In this document: one piece after another, positions 7,432 to 17,972 of the stretch
Layout of the letters: the number at the start of each line of letters is the position of its first letter
Position numbering within the stretch: position 1 is the stretch's first letter
Assembly: GCA_002771135.1 (NCBI GenBank)
Contig: PCXO01000012.1
Coordinates: 21,694 to 70,282, forward strand
DNA: 48,589 bases
DNA from: Candidatus Yanofskybacteria bacterium CG10_big_fil_rev_8_21_14_0_10_46_23
Lineage (GTDB): Bacteria > Patescibacteriota > Minisyncoccia > 2-02-FULL-40-12 > IGHO2-12-FULL-4
Reading direction: 5' to 3'
The notes under the pieces: generated by a model
Databases searched by the model: none
Told to the model about the DNA's origin: nothing
Seen by the model: only the letters and a program-made list of their open reading frames with translations
Position numbers and translations under genes: made by a program

Positions 7432-10323
7432 ATGTATGATTTCAAGAAAATTGAAGAAGAAATTTTAGAATTCTGGGAAGCTAACCAAATTTTTAAAAAA
7501 ACCTTGGAGAAAAAAAGCCCCAAGGGTGACTTTGTTTTTTATGATGGCCCGCCTACCGCCAATGGCCGGCCGGCCATCCACCATTTTCTGGGCCGAACTT
7601 TTAAGGACATTATTCCCAGATTCAAAACCATGCAAGGTTATCATGTGCCTCGAAAGGGTGGCTGGGATACCCATGGCCTGCCGGTAGAAATTGAAGTTGA
7701 GAAAGAGCTTGGGTTTACGAATAAGGAGCAAATTGAAGCCTATGGGATTGCTCAGTTCAACCAAAAGGCCAAGGAAAGTGTTTGGAAATATAAGACCGAG
7801 TGGGAGGAATTTACTCGAAGAATCGGATTTTGGTTGGACATGGATGAACCCTATATCACCTATGACCGAAATTATATTGAATCACTCTGGTGGATTATCA
7901 GTCAGTTTGACAAAGCGGGGTTGCTTTATAAAGGGCATAAAGTTTTACCGTGGTGCTATCGTTGCGGGACGGCTCTCTCCAGCCATGAGGTCGCCCAAGG
8001 CTACAAGGTGGTCGAGGACACCTCGGTTTTTGTAAAATTTAAATTAAAATCGGGCCAAAGAATCGGTAACTGGGAGGTCAGGGAAGACACTTTCGTTTTG
8101 GCTTGGACGACGACCCCGTGGACGCTTCCGGGGAATGTTGCTTTAGCGGTTGGGGCGGAGATTGATTACGTGACGATAGCCAGCGGGGAAGAGACCTTTA
8201 TTCTGTCCGGAGATTTAAAAAATTTAATTCCGGAGGGACAAATTGTTGATGAATTAAAAGGCCAAGATCTGGTGGGTTTAGAGTATCAGCCCCTTTTCGA
8301 GGTTGCGGCCTTAAAGTCAGATAAATCTTACAAAATCTATTTGGCTGATTTTGTAACGACCAACGAGGGCACCGGGGTGGTTCATACGGCGGTGATGTAT
8401 GGTGAGGACGATTATGAGCTAGGGGAAAAACTTGGTTTGCCAATGTTTCATACCGTTGACCCGCAAGGGAAGTTTACGGCGGATGTTTCGGAGTTGGCGG
8501 GGCAAGGGGTAAAAGACCCTGAAACCGAGAAAAAGATTATTACCCATTTGAAGGACAAGGGTGCTCTTTTCCAAGTCGAGCAACACGAGCATGAATATCC
8601 ATTCTGTTGGCGGTGCAAGACCCCCCTGCTCTACTATGCCAAGACCTCATGGTTCGTGGCAATGTCAAGGCTGAGAAAAGAGCTTCAGGCCAATAATGAA
8701 AAGGTAAATTGGATTCCGGAGCATCTAAGGCTAGGTCGGTTTGGGGAGTTTATCAAAGAGGCCAAAGATTGGGCGTTTTCTCGAGAACGATACTGGGGCA
8801 CGCCGTTGCCAATTTGGGAGTGCTCTGAATGTGATAAATATAAAGTTATGGGGAGCTACGCAGAGCTTCTAGAAAATAGTTTGGGGAAAACTGACTTAGA
8901 TAAATTTTTACCCGACCCGCATCGCCCCTTTGTCGACGAGATTTCAGTTCAGTGTAATTGTGGTCGGGCCATGGGCCGAGTTTCAGAAGTCGTTGACGTT
9001 TGGTTTGATTCGGGAGCCATGCCTTATGCCCAGCACCACTATCCTTTTGAGAACAAAGAAATGGTTGATGGGGGAGAACAATTTCCGGCGGATTATATTG
9101 TCGAGGGGATTGATCAGACTCGAGGTTGGTTCTATACCCTTTTGGCGGTGGCTACAGCCTTGGGACGGGGGGTACCCTACAAGAATGTCTACTCCTATAA
9201 TTTGGTTTTAGATGAAAAGGGAAAGAAAATGTCAAAGAGTGTCGGGAACGTCATCGACCCTTGGACTGTGATTGAGGCTGTGGGCGTGGATGCTATCCGC
9301 TGGTATTTTTATACGGTTAATAATCCGTCCGAACCAAAACTATTTTCCTTGACCGATGTGCAGGCTCGGCTCCGAGGCTTCTTAATGACTTTTTGGAGCT
9401 CAATTCGATTTTTGGAGCTATATAAGAGAGACGGCCTAGTCTTGGACTTGGAGCCCGGGCCTCAAACCGAATTGGATCGATGGCTTTTTTCAACCCTCAA
9501 CTCGACCCTTGCGGGTATAACTTCGGGATTGGAGGCCTTTGACTTTTTGAAAGCCAGTCGATTATTGGAGGATTTTACTGTCACCAACCTTTCTAACTGG
9601 TGGATTCGACGTTCCCGCGAACGCTTTCAGCGGCCGCAAAGCGAGACGGAACTTAAATCCGTCTTGAGTATCTTAAATTTTGTACTTCTACAGACTTTTA
9701 AAATGATGGCGCCTTTTACGCCCTTTATTGCCGAGGCGGGTTATCGAAAACTTCGAACCGCAGAGATGCCGGAAAGTATCCATTTAGAATCATGGCCGGA
9801 AGTTGACCGCAAGAAAATTGATAAGGAGATAGAGGGGGAGATGGCCAAAGTTAGGGAGATTGTCGCCCAAGGGTTGGCACTTAGGAAAAAAGAAGGGATA
9901 AAAGTTCGCCAACCCTTGGCTCAAGCTCAAATCAAATCAACCCTATCGGCCGAACTGCAGGAATCCTTGAAGGATGAACTGAATATCAAAGGGATTAAAA
10001 TTGAGGCGGGCCAAGCTGAGCTGATTCAACTGGATTTGAAAATTACCCCGGCTTTAGCCCGGGAGGGCTACGCTCGAGAGATAATCCGAAAAATTCAGAC
10101 TCTGCGCCGTCAGGCCGGCTATGAGCTGGATCAACGCGTCCAAGTTTTTTGGGAAAGCGCGGACGTCGAGATTACCCAAACTTTATCGGAATTCCACCCG
10201 TTGATAAAAGAACACACCCTTTTGTCGGCGTTAACCCAAGCCGGCTCGGAGCAATTTGATGTTGAGGAAGAATTTGAAGTTGACTCAGGCAAAATTATCA
10301 AACTTGGTTTAGTAAAAAAGTAA
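7432..10323 (+). CDS. ileS: Isoleucine-tRNA ligase (IleRS2 type)
   Basis: YDGPPTANG, GWDTHGLPVE, WTTTPWTLP, EGIDQTRGWF and KMSKS motifs. Confidence 0.97.
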   Translation: MYDFKKIEEEILEFWEANQIFKKTLEKKSPKGDFVFYDGPPTANGRPAIHHFLGRTFKDIIPRFKTMQGYHVPRKGGWDTHGLPVEIEVEKELGFTNKEQIEAYGIAQFNQKAKESVWKYKTEWEEFTRRIGFWLDMDEPYITYDRNYIESLWWIISQFDKAGLLYKGHKVLPWCYRCGTALSSHEVAQGYKVVEDTSVFVKFKLKSGQRIGNWEVREDTFVLAWTTTPWTLPGNVALAVGAEIDYVTIASGEETFILSGDLKNLIPEGQIVDELKGQDLVGLEYQPLFEVAALKSDKSYKIYLADFVTTNEGTGVVHTAVMYGEDDYELGEKLGLPMFHTVDPQGKFTADVSELAGQGVKDPETEKKIITHLKDKGALFQVEQHEHEYPFCWRCKTPLLYYAKTSWFVAMSRLRKELQANNEKVNWIPEHLRLGRFGEFIKEAKDWAFSRERYWGTPLPIWECSECDKYKVMGSYAELLENSLGKTDLDKFLPDPHRPFVDEISVQCNCGRAMGRVSEVVDVWFDSGAMPYAQHHYPFENKEMVDGGEQFPADYIVEGIDQTRGWFYTLLAVATALGRGVPYKNVYSYNLVLDEKGKKMSKSVGNVIDPWTVIEAVGVDAIRWYFYTVNNPSEPKLFSLTDVQARLRGFLMTFWSSIRFLELYKRDGLVLDLEPGPQTELDRWLFSTLNSTLAGITSGLEAFDFLKASRLLEDFTVTNLSNWWIRRSRERFQRPQSETELKSVLSILNFVLLQTFKMMAPFTPFIAEAGYRKLRTAEMPESIHLESWPEVDRKKIDKEIEGEMAKVREIVAQGLALRKKEGIKVRQPLAQAQIKSTLSAELQESLKDELNIKGIKIEAGQAELIQLDLKITPALAREGYAREIIRKIQTLRRQAGYELDQRVQVFWESADVEITQTLSEFHPLIKEHTLLSALTQAGSEQFDVEEEFEVDSGKIIKLGLVKK

Positions 10324-10324
10324 G

Positions 10325-10876
10325 ATGCGGACTCAAGGAATTGTTGCCAAACGAATTGAGGTGGGCGAATATGACCAACTGGTCATTTTCTATACCCAAG
10401 ATTTTGGTAAGATTACGGCCAAGGCGAAGAGCCTCTCCAAGCCGATTTCAAAACAGGCCAGTCACCTCGATCTTTTTAACGTAGTTGATTTTTCCCTGAT
10501 TAACGGGCGAAATCATTATCCGATTGTCGTTAGCGCGCAGAGCCGCCAGACCTACTCAAATTTAAAGAAGTCACTCCCGGCCATCGCCCTGGGCCTTTTT
10601 TTGGCCGAAACCATCGATAAGATTATTTATGATTATGATCCGGACGAGGCGCTCTGGAATTTTTTCAAGACGGCCTTTGACTATCTTGATTCTCGAGCGC
10701 CCTCAATCGACCGGTCCGGGGCGCTGGCAATTTTAGACAACTTTCAAGATAAGCTTCTGGCAACCTTGGGCTATGCCCCCAAAGTCAGAGACGCCAGCGC
10801 CTTAATGAAAACCTTAGATCAAATTAGCCATCGCCAGTTTAGCTCGTTACAGCTTATCCGGGACGTGTTAAAATAG
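10325..10876 (+). CDS. recO: DNA repair protein RecO (short form)
   Basis: N-terminal OB-fold GEYDQLVIFYTQDFGKI.AKAK. Confidence 0.85.
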   Translation: MRTQGIVAKRIEVGEYDQLVIFYTQDFGKITAKAKSLSKPISKQASHLDLFNVVDFSLINGRNHYPIVVSAQSRQTYSNLKKSLPAIALGLFLAETIDKIIYDYDPDEALWNFFKTAFDYLDSRAPSIDRSGALAILDNFQDKLLATLGYAPKVRDASALMKTLDQISHRQFSSLQLIRDVLK

Positions 10877-10880
10877 GAAA

Positions 10881-12719
10881 ATGGATTTTGAAAGTACGCC
10901 GATTTCAGATGGAGAGAAAAAGCCTCAATCAGTCTCGCCTTTTAGGGAAGTCGCTCCACCAGTCATAAATCGATACCAATCCGGGGAAAATGATAAATTG
11001 CCCAAGTTTAGTTTAGATAAAATTATAAGGTGGCTGATTGTTTTGAGCGTTTTATTGCTCTCGTTTGCGGTCATCTTTTTTCTGCAACGGACGCCGTTTA
11101 ACCCGCTTGGCTTAGAAATAAATTTGGACGGCCCCGAAGAGGCCTCGGCCGGAGAGGAGCTGACTTATCGGTTGACCTATAAGAATAATACCGAGGCGGT
11201 TATCAAGAACTTGAACATAAATTTATTCTACCCTCAAGACGCCATTGTTCTGGTTGAGGGTCAGACCCAAACCCCGAGAAAGAAGGAGTTGATAATTGAG
11301 AATCTAGTGCCCGGGCAGGAGCAAGAAGAAGAGTTCCCATTCTTTCTAGTGGGCGATCGAGGTGATATAAAAACAATTCGAGCGGTTTTTTCTTTTCGAC
11401 CGCAAGGGGTTAGCTCTGATTTTGAGCGAGAGATTGAGGTGCCAATCTCAATAACCAAGGTACCGGTCCAACTCTCTTTAGTCTCGCCCCCCTCGGCCGT
11501 TTCGGGGGAGACTATTACTTACATTCTCGATTACCAAAATATTTCCGGGGACGATATCGTCGATGCTCGATTTAAGGTGACCTATCCAGACGGCTTTAAC
11601 CCAACCTCGTTCTCTCCTCAACCCGATGAGGGCAACTCGGTTTGGAAGATCACTAGTCTTGCTGAGGGTCGGAAGGATCGAATCCAGATTTCGGGCCAAC
11701 TTCACGGGGAAGAACGGGAGGCTAAAATTGTCTCCGTTGAGCTTCAGCGGGAATTTCAAAATGCTTTTATCACTTACACAAAGGCCGAGACAACCACGAT
11801 TATCGGTAACCCCGCCTTGAGTGTTCGAACCGGGGTATCGGGCTTTGTCGGCAATAACGCTCAGCCCGGTGACGTTCTGGATTATTCGATCAATTACGCC
11901 AACGACTCGGGCGAAACCCTCTTTGGCGTAAGTATTAGCGCCAAACTTGAGGGGCTAATGTACGATTTGGCCGGCTTAACAACAGACGGCTTTTTGAGCA
12001 GTAGTGACCAGACAATTGTTTGGAATGCTTCTTCCGTTCCCAAGCTTGGCACTTTGCGTTCGGGGGAGGGGGGAACGGTTACTTTTCGGATTCCCCTTAA
12101 GCGTCAGTTCCCGACCGGTGGTCTCGGTTCCAGCGCCTTTTCGGTCAAAGCGACGATAACCGCTCAAGCGAATGAGTCCTCGGGTGGGGCCAATCCGGCT
12201 CAAATTAGTACGACAGACTCGGTTGTCACAAAACTAAAGAGTCAGCCCACTTTTGTTCAGCAGGGCTATGTCAGCCAAACTTTGGGGGGCCAAGGGCCGA
12301 TCCCGCCTCGAGTGGGTGAGAAGACTACCTATGTAATCAACTGGGAAATAACCAATCCGGGGGCGGATGTGACGCAAGCCCGAGTCAGCGCTATTTTGCC
12401 CCCGGGCGTTGAGTGGGAAAGCGAGACCAAGATTCAGGGCACAACCACAGCTTTGAGTTTTAATAAAAATAATCGTCAGGTTAGCTGGGATCTAAATAAT
12501 ATTCCCGCTCGGACCGGAACAACTTTTCCTAAACTAGCGGGTTACTTCAAGATTTCAATTACACCCGCTCAGAATCAAATTGGCCAATCCCCCGATTTAA
12601 TCGGCGGAGCGCAACTGGGCGGGGCGGATAGCTTTACAGGCGAGACGATTTCCCTTAATGTCGGAGGAATTAACACCTCGACCTTGGTTGATGGTGTAAC
12701 GGGGCAAGTTCAACCGTGA
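10881..12719 (+). CDS. Membrane-anchored surface protein with Ig-like (DUF11-like) repeats
   Basis: Single TM followed by repeated G(E/D)xxTYxxxYxN beta-sandwich motifs. Confidence 0.75.
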   Translation: MDFESTPISDGEKKPQSVSPFREVAPPVINRYQSGENDKLPKFSLDKIIRWLIVLSVLLLSFAVIFFLQRTPFNPLGLEINLDGPEEASAGEELTYRLTYKNNTEAVIKNLNINLFYPQDAIVLVEGQTQTPRKKELIIENLVPGQEQEEEFPFFLVGDRGDIKTIRAVFSFRPQGVSSDFEREIEVPISITKVPVQLSLVSPPSAVSGETITYILDYQNISGDDIVDARFKVTYPDGFNPTSFSPQPDEGNSVWKITSLAEGRKDRIQISGQLHGEEREAKIVSVELQREFQNAFITYTKAETTTIIGNPALSVRTGVSGFVGNNAQPGDVLDYSINYANDSGETLFGVSISAKLEGLMYDLAGLTTDGFLSSSDQTIVWNASSVPKLGTLRSGEGGTVTFRIPLKRQFPTGGLGSSAFSVKATITAQANESSGGANPAQISTTDSVVTKLKSQPTFVQQGYVSQTLGGQGPIPPRVGEKTTYVINWEITNPGADVTQARVSAILPPGVEWESETKIQGTTTALSFNKNNRQVSWDLNNIPARTGTTFPKLAGYFKISITPAQNQIGQSPDLIGGAQLGGADSFTGETISLNVGGINTSTLVDGVTGQVQP

Positions 12720-14062
12720 TGACCGATAAAAATGAAACAACTTTAGATAAAATCGTTTCGTTGGCTAAGCGCCGGGGGTTTGTTTTACCCGGAAGCGAGA
12801 TCTATGGCGGTTTGGCCAATAGCTATGATTATGGCCATCTGGGCGCGGAGTTGTTTCACAATATCGCTAAGGCCTGGTGGAAACGTTTTGTTCAAAGGCG
12901 CGATGATATCTACGGCGTGCGAGGTCCGATAATTATGAATCCGAAAGTTTGGGAGGCCTCGGGTCACACGAAACACTTTGCCGACCCGTTAATTGAGTGC
13001 AAAATTTGTCACAGCCGATTCCGACAAGACAAAGAGGAAGAAGTTAAGGAGCACGAGAAAAGCCACAAAGAGGCGGTTACCTGGACTGAGCCAAAGAATT
13101 TTAACCAACTTTTTAAAACCCATATTGGGCCAGTTGAAGATGAAAAAGCCACTGTCTATCTTCGCGGAGAAACTGCCCAGACAATGTTTACGGATTTCCG
13201 ATCGTATCTAGATACTACTCGAACTAAGATCCCATTTGGGATTGCCCAGATCGGCAAGGTCTTTCGAAACGAGATAACTACGGGAAACTTTATTTTCCGG
13301 ATGCGAGAATTTACCATTGCTGAATTTGAATATTTTGTGAAACCCGGGACCGACGAAGAAATTTTTGAAGAATTGGCCAAAGAGCAGATGAAATTTTTAG
13401 TCGAAGATCTAGGCCTTAAAGAAACAAATTTAAAACCGGTTGATCTTTCCAAGGAAGAACTTGCCCACTACTCAAAACGAACCATTGATACTTATTTCAA
13501 TTTTCCCTTTGGCTGGGATGAAATTACGGGGATTGCCAATCGGACCGATTTTGATTTGAAAAATCATATCGAGGCCTCCGGAGAGGATCTTCGATATAAA
13601 GACCCCGAGACCGGAGAGGAGTATATCCCTTTCGTGGTAGAGCCGACTTTTGGTCTAGATAGAATATTTCTGGCGGTTTTAGTTAATGCTTACACTGAGG
13701 TCGAGGCTCGTTCGGGCAAAGACGTGACAACGCATGAAACCGAGGTGGTACTAAAACTTCCTAAGAGCTTAGCCCCTTACAAAGTCGCTATCTTGCCACT
13801 CTCCAAAAAGGCAGAATTAACCCAGCCGGCTAAAGAATTGGCTCAAAAACTCCGAAAAGAGTTCATGGTAGTTTATGATGAAACCCAATCAATTGGAAAA
13901 CGCTATCGGCGTCAAGATGAGATCGGGACACCCTATTGCTTGACATTCGATTTTGATTCATTGCAAGATAAGATGGTGACGATCCGGGATCGTGATTCGA
14001 TGGCTCAAGATCGGGTCGCCATTGAGGCAGTCTCGGGTTATTTGAGGGAACATTTACAATAA
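12719..14062 (+). CDS. glyS: Glycine-tRNA ligase (homodimeric, archaeal/eukaryotic type)
   Basis: KRRGF...SEIYGG, FRNEIT..NFIFRMREF and SIGKRYRRQDEIGTP motifs. Confidence 0.96.
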   Translation: MTDKNETTLDKIVSLAKRRGFVLPGSEIYGGLANSYDYGHLGAELFHNIAKAWWKRFVQRRDDIYGVRGPIIMNPKVWEASGHTKHFADPLIECKICHSRFRQDKEEEVKEHEKSHKEAVTWTEPKNFNQLFKTHIGPVEDEKATVYLRGETAQTMFTDFRSYLDTTRTKIPFGIAQIGKVFRNEITTGNFIFRMREFTIAEFEYFVKPGTDEEIFEELAKEQMKFLVEDLGLKETNLKPVDLSKEELAHYSKRTIDTYFNFPFGWDEITGIANRTDFDLKNHIEASGEDLRYKDPETGEEYIPFVVEPTFGLDRIFLAVLVNAYTEVEARSGKDVTTHETEVVLKLPKSLAPYKVAILPLSKKAELTQPAKELAQKLRKEFMVVYDETQSIGKRYRRQDEIGTPYCLTFDFDSLQDKMVTIRDRDSMAQDRVAIEAVSGYLREHLQ

Positions 14063-14080
14063 CTGGAGAGGGGGTTTCAA

Positions 14081-14386
14081 ATGACAGTTTCCACTGCGGG
14101 TTTAGGTATCTTAGGAGCAGGCCTGGCGCTTCTGGGTTCGATGACTCTTCTCGGCTTTGCCGAGGAGATCCGGTTGAAAATCCGAAAACAAATTGCGTCA
14201 ATCGGCCTTTTTCTTATTCTCGTCGGCTTTTTCTTTTTTCTCGTCTTCCAGAAGGTGGAGGCGGCTGGAGGAGATCCCACCGAGTCGCCGACCCAGAAAC
14301 CAGCTAAGGCAGCTTTCTGGCCTCTTCGGTCCGAAAACCGCTGGCCGACAACCTTGCCGGTGAAACGATTGCCGGCCAAGAGTTAG
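14081..14386 (+). CDS. Small two-TM membrane protein
   Basis: GGAGAGGGG SD-like motif, two hydrophobic segments, downstream terminator. Confidence 0.6.
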   Translation: MTVSTAGLGILGAGLALLGSMTLLGFAEEIRLKIRKQIASIGLFLILVGFFFFLVFQKVEAAGGDPTESPTQKPAKAAFWPLRSENRWPTTLPVKRLPAKS

Positions 14387-14406
14387 GCGATCACGTTCTT
14401 TTTTCC

Positions 14407-14443
14407 AACCCCGCCCTTCGACAAGCTCAGGGCGGGGTTTTTA
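14407..14443 (+). terminator. Intrinsic terminator
   Basis: AACCCCGCCC-loop-GGGCGGGGTT followed by a T-tract. Confidence 0.75.
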
Positions 14444-14528
14444 TTTATAAACATGACAAAATTATGTTTTTATGGCATTTTGAGAGTGAAGGAGATCTTT
14501 AATAACTAAACAAACGGGGAGAAGCGAG

Positions 14529-15080
14529 ATGTCCATCAAAAGTTTCTTTGCGGGGTTGAGATCACATATTGATGCCCCCACTTTTGGCTCTAGTTTAGCC
14601 AAAATTCCGATGGAGTGGGTCTATGACAGTTTTTTTCGAACGCCGGCCGGGCGAGAGATACACCAACATCTCAAGCCTCACGCGAAAACGACCGTGGTTT
14701 TTATGGCTCTGCTTGTTGCGCTTGTCGATAAAAAGATTTCCCCCGATTCAATCCTTGGGAAAATTTTTCTCGATTTAGCCAAAGATGCCGGGCCGGAATT
14801 GGCCAAGCGATTTCTCAACGGGGAACGCTGGGTCAAGGATCTGGCGGTTGAATTGGAGGTCACGGCTCAGACGCCCGAGCAGGAAGATTTTGCTCAGCGA
14901 CTGGGCAAGGCTTCGCCCCAAGAGGCGGCGAAGATGATCTTTGGTGCCGTTTCAGGGGTTTCGAGAGAAGGGGTTGCCTCTTCCGAGGGTCTATCGAATG
15001 GCCCGCATAGGGAAAAGCTTCAGGAGTTGAGAGATCGCCTTCGTAGGCGCACAGAAGAAATCAAAGGAAGGAGAAGATAA
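14529..15080 (+). CDS. Hypothetical protein
   Basis: SD-like GGGGAG; stop overlaps the next start (TAATG). Confidence 0.7.
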   Translation: MSIKSFFAGLRSHIDAPTFGSSLAKIPMEWVYDSFFRTPAGREIHQHLKPHAKTTVVFMALLVALVDKKISPDSILGKIFLDLAKDAGPELAKRFLNGERWVKDLAVELEVTAQTPEQEDFAQRLGKASPQEAAKMIFGAVSGVSREGVASSEGLSNGPHREKLQELRDRLRRRTEEIKGRRR

Positions 15081-16570
15081 TGCTGATCGAATACTTGGAG
15101 TTGTTTTGGGAGATATTGGTTCACGCCCAGACAGTGGCCTTTGACAAAGTCAAACGTTACCTTTGGGCCACACTCGCTTTGGGGTCGGGCGGTCTCTTGC
15201 TGGTACTTCTAGCCGCTGTCTTGGCTATCAATTGGCCTAGTCAGGCGGGGACCTTTGCACTTTTGGGCTTTGCCGTCGTCATTGTTTTGACGGTGATCTT
15301 CTCGCCGATTTTGCTAATCATGCGATACCTCCATGAGGCGGTTGAGCCGATTCGCTGGTTGGTTAGAATCATCAGCTTTGAACTGATGCTGGGGTTCTTC
15401 GTATCTTTGTATCTCTATGTCGTTCCGGTCCCCGAACAGGGCATGCTCTCGCTTTTGGCCTTTTGTGGTCTTTTAGCCAGTGTGACTCTTTTCTGTGGGG
15501 TTGGCGTGACCAAGCGCTTTGTCGCCCAACGCTTGGGGATAATTTTCTTTCTCTTGTCGGCCTCGTTCCTTTTGGCTACCTTTCTGCCGGCCGAAGTGGT
15601 TTTGGCGGCGGGGAAGTTGCCGGGCAAGGCCGGTCATCTGATCGCTAATGTTTTAGATTGGCCGGCCGGCGAGGTCCATTATCAAATGGGGATGGATCTC
15701 TTTGATAGCAAGACCGGCCAGCCCCTCTATACTTTCCACGAGTTCAAAAATGGTAACGAAGTTATCTTTGAACTTTGGGACAAGATGGGGGTTTGTCCGC
15801 GTCACGGGGTGGCCTTGAAGTGGCTTGACCACGAGGCTCTATCCCGACTGGAAGCTTGGTATAAAAAAATCCAAGCGTCCGAAGTAGCCAAGGCCGAGGC
15901 GCTCGCTCAAGAAGCCCAGAGGCTTCGAGAGGTTGAGCACCAAAAACATGTCGAAGTCGAGGCCGAGGCGTTAAAAAAAACCCAAGAGGCCCAGGAGAGG
16001 CTTCAAGGCCTAGAACACCTAAGACAGGTGGAGGCCAAGGCCAGAGAAGTCAGAATGGCCCGGGAAGCGGCGGCGGAAAGTCAGCCGACCGCAACGGTGG
16101 CGCCCTCCCAGCGCAATTCTTACCCCCAGCCGACTTGGGTTGAAGTACCGGCCGGGACAGCTTTTATGATTCAGGCCAAAACCAGTGTGCCCGCTGAGCA
16201 TCTCCAGCTCGGCGAGGTGATTAAGGCCGTCTCTCTCGGTGCTTTCGATACCGGGAGCGGGTATATTCCCCAAGAGCTGGTGGAGTTCCGTGTTCGGGTG
16301 GCTCCTAAAAAGAAAAAGCTAGAGCTTCAAGTTCTATCCATCGGGATAAAACTTCAGGGCTCTTACAGTTTCGACCACTACCCCTTCGTAACGGAAATTG
16401 TCACCTTGAAGGGGGAGTCGACCGGCAAGAGAATTGCCAAAGAGATTCTCGGGGATCTAGTCCGGTCATCCGGGTACCCCGTGGGCTATTCTCCGAATGT
16501 CTATCGGGGCGCGGAGCTCAAACCGTTAAGGTTCACTTTGCGGAGCCCGGCTCGGGTACCGATCCCGTAG
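15080..16570 (+). CDS. Multi-TM membrane protein with a coiled coil and a C-terminal beta domain
   Basis: About 5-6 TM segments, E/A/Q/K-rich helix, VEVPAGT motif. Confidence 0.75.
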   Translation: MLIEYLELFWEILVHAQTVAFDKVKRYLWATLALGSGGLLLVLLAAVLAINWPSQAGTFALLGFAVVIVLTVIFSPILLIMRYLHEAVEPIRWLVRIISFELMLGFFVSLYLYVVPVPEQGMLSLLAFCGLLASVTLFCGVGVTKRFVAQRLGIIFFLLSASFLLATFLPAEVVLAAGKLPGKAGHLIANVLDWPAGEVHYQMGMDLFDSKTGQPLYTFHEFKNGNEVIFELWDKMGVCPRHGVALKWLDHEALSRLEAWYKKIQASEVAKAEALAQEAQRLREVEHQKHVEVEAEALKKTQEAQERLQGLEHLRQVEAKAREVRMAREAAAESQPTATVAPSQRNSYPQPTWVEVPAGTAFMIQAKTSVPAEHLQLGEVIKAVSLGAFDTGSGYIPQELVEFRVRVAPKKKKLELQVLSIGIKLQGSYSFDHYPFVTEIVTLKGESTGKRIAKEILGDLVRSSGYPVGYSPNVYRGAELKPLRFTLRSPARVPIP

Positions 16571-16673
16571 CGAAGTACTGCTCTTTATACTGTCCCGATC
16601 GCTAACGGCGTTAAGCCAACAGGGTCGGGATTTTTGTTTGAATAAATACCGTTGCTTTGGCATACTTAGGATT

Positions 16674-17963
16674 ATGGAAAAAAGAAGCCTCGATTATGAA
16701 TTAGAAAAATTGGAAAGTGGCCTCCAGTTGATTACCGTTCCGATGACCAGCACTAATACAGCGACTATCTTGGTTTTGGTCGGCACCGGTTCGCGACATG
16801 AAGCGAAAGAGGTCGCCGGCATCTCTCACTTTTTAGAGCACATGATGTTTAAGGGGACAAAGAAGCGTCCGGGCACGATGGATATTACCAAGGAATTGGA
16901 TGGCATCGGGGCTAGCTATAACGCCTTTACTAGTCACGACTACACGGGCTATTACATAAAGTCGAGTGTCGAAGATTTTGATTTGAGCCTCGACGTGATC
17001 AGTGATATTTTTTTAAACTCGGTTATTTTAGAGGAAGAAGTCCAAAAAGAACGGCACGTTATTGTCGAAGAGATGAATATGATTCGCGATGTCCCCCAGC
17101 AATATGTCCACGATCTTTTTCAAAGTCTTTTGTATGGCGACCAGCCCCTTGGCCGAGATATCATTGGGACTAAAGAGACCGTTTTGGGCATGAAGCAGAC
17201 TCAATTTCGGGATTATTTTAATTCGCACTACGTGGCCGAAAACACTATCGTCGTTGTGGCGGGGAATATTGACTCCGCCTCGGTTCAAGCCAAATTGAGG
17301 GGAGTCTTCAGCGGGGTTCGCCATGGCCAGGCGCTCGAGCCGGCTAAGGTAGTGGAAAATCAAGCTCGGCCGATGATAGAATCAGACTATCGAAAAACCG
17401 ATCAAACCCATTTTATCTTAGGTTTTAAGAGTTTTGGCTGGTTCGATGATCGGGATCATATCGCCAGTGTTTTGGTTAACATCTTAGGCGGGGGAATGAG
17501 TTCGAGGCTTTGGAGTGAAGTTCGAGAAAAGCGCGGTTTGGCCTACTATGTTCGAGCGGAGGAATCCAATCATGCCGATACGGGTTCAATTATGGCTTCG
17601 GCCGGGGTAAACAACGAGCGCTTTCACGAAGCTATTGAGGTGATCTTAAATGAGTTTAAGAGACTGAAAGAACAGCCGGTAGGTGAGGCGGAGCTTCAAA
17701 AGGCCAAGAGTTCCATCCGTGGTCGCCAGGCAATCGGATTAGAGGGTTCGCAAAGTGTCGCGAGTTACTTTGCTGATCAGCAACTTCTCCAGAAAAAAAT
17801 TGAGACGCCTGAGGCCCTGATAGGGCGAATTAACTTGGTCACCGCGCGAGACATTCAAAAGTTGGCTCAAGAAATCTTTGTGCCAGAAAAACTTAATCTT
17901 GCCCTCATCGGTCCGTTTAAGGCGGGGGATCTTCGCCTTAACGAAATTCTCCAAGCGTGGTAA
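16674..17963 (+). CDS. M16-family zinc peptidase
   Basis: Inverted HFLEH motif, NAFTS, GGMSSRL..EVREKRGLAY. Confidence 0.95.
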   Translation: MEKRSLDYELEKLESGLQLITVPMTSTNTATILVLVGTGSRHEAKEVAGISHFLEHMMFKGTKKRPGTMDITKELDGIGASYNAFTSHDYTGYYIKSSVEDFDLSLDVISDIFLNSVILEEEVQKERHVIVEEMNMIRDVPQQYVHDLFQSLLYGDQPLGRDIIGTKETVLGMKQTQFRDYFNSHYVAENTIVVVAGNIDSASVQAKLRGVFSGVRHGQALEPAKVVENQARPMIESDYRKTDQTHFILGFKSFGWFDDRDHIASVLVNILGGGMSSRLWSEVREKRGLAYYVRAEESNHADTGSIMASAGVNNERFHEAIEVILNEFKRLKEQPVGEAELQKAKSSIRGRQAIGLEGSQSVASYFADQQLLQKKIETPEALIGRINLVTARDIQKLAQEIFVPEKLNLALIGPFKAGDLRLNEILQAW

Positions 17964-17972
17964 AATTTTAGT

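Noticed and set aside
14077-14379. Minus-strand 100-aa ORF and other short ORFs nested in or antisense to long genes
   Set aside because: Shadow ORFs; the opposite or enclosing frame carries the RBS, terminator or family motifs
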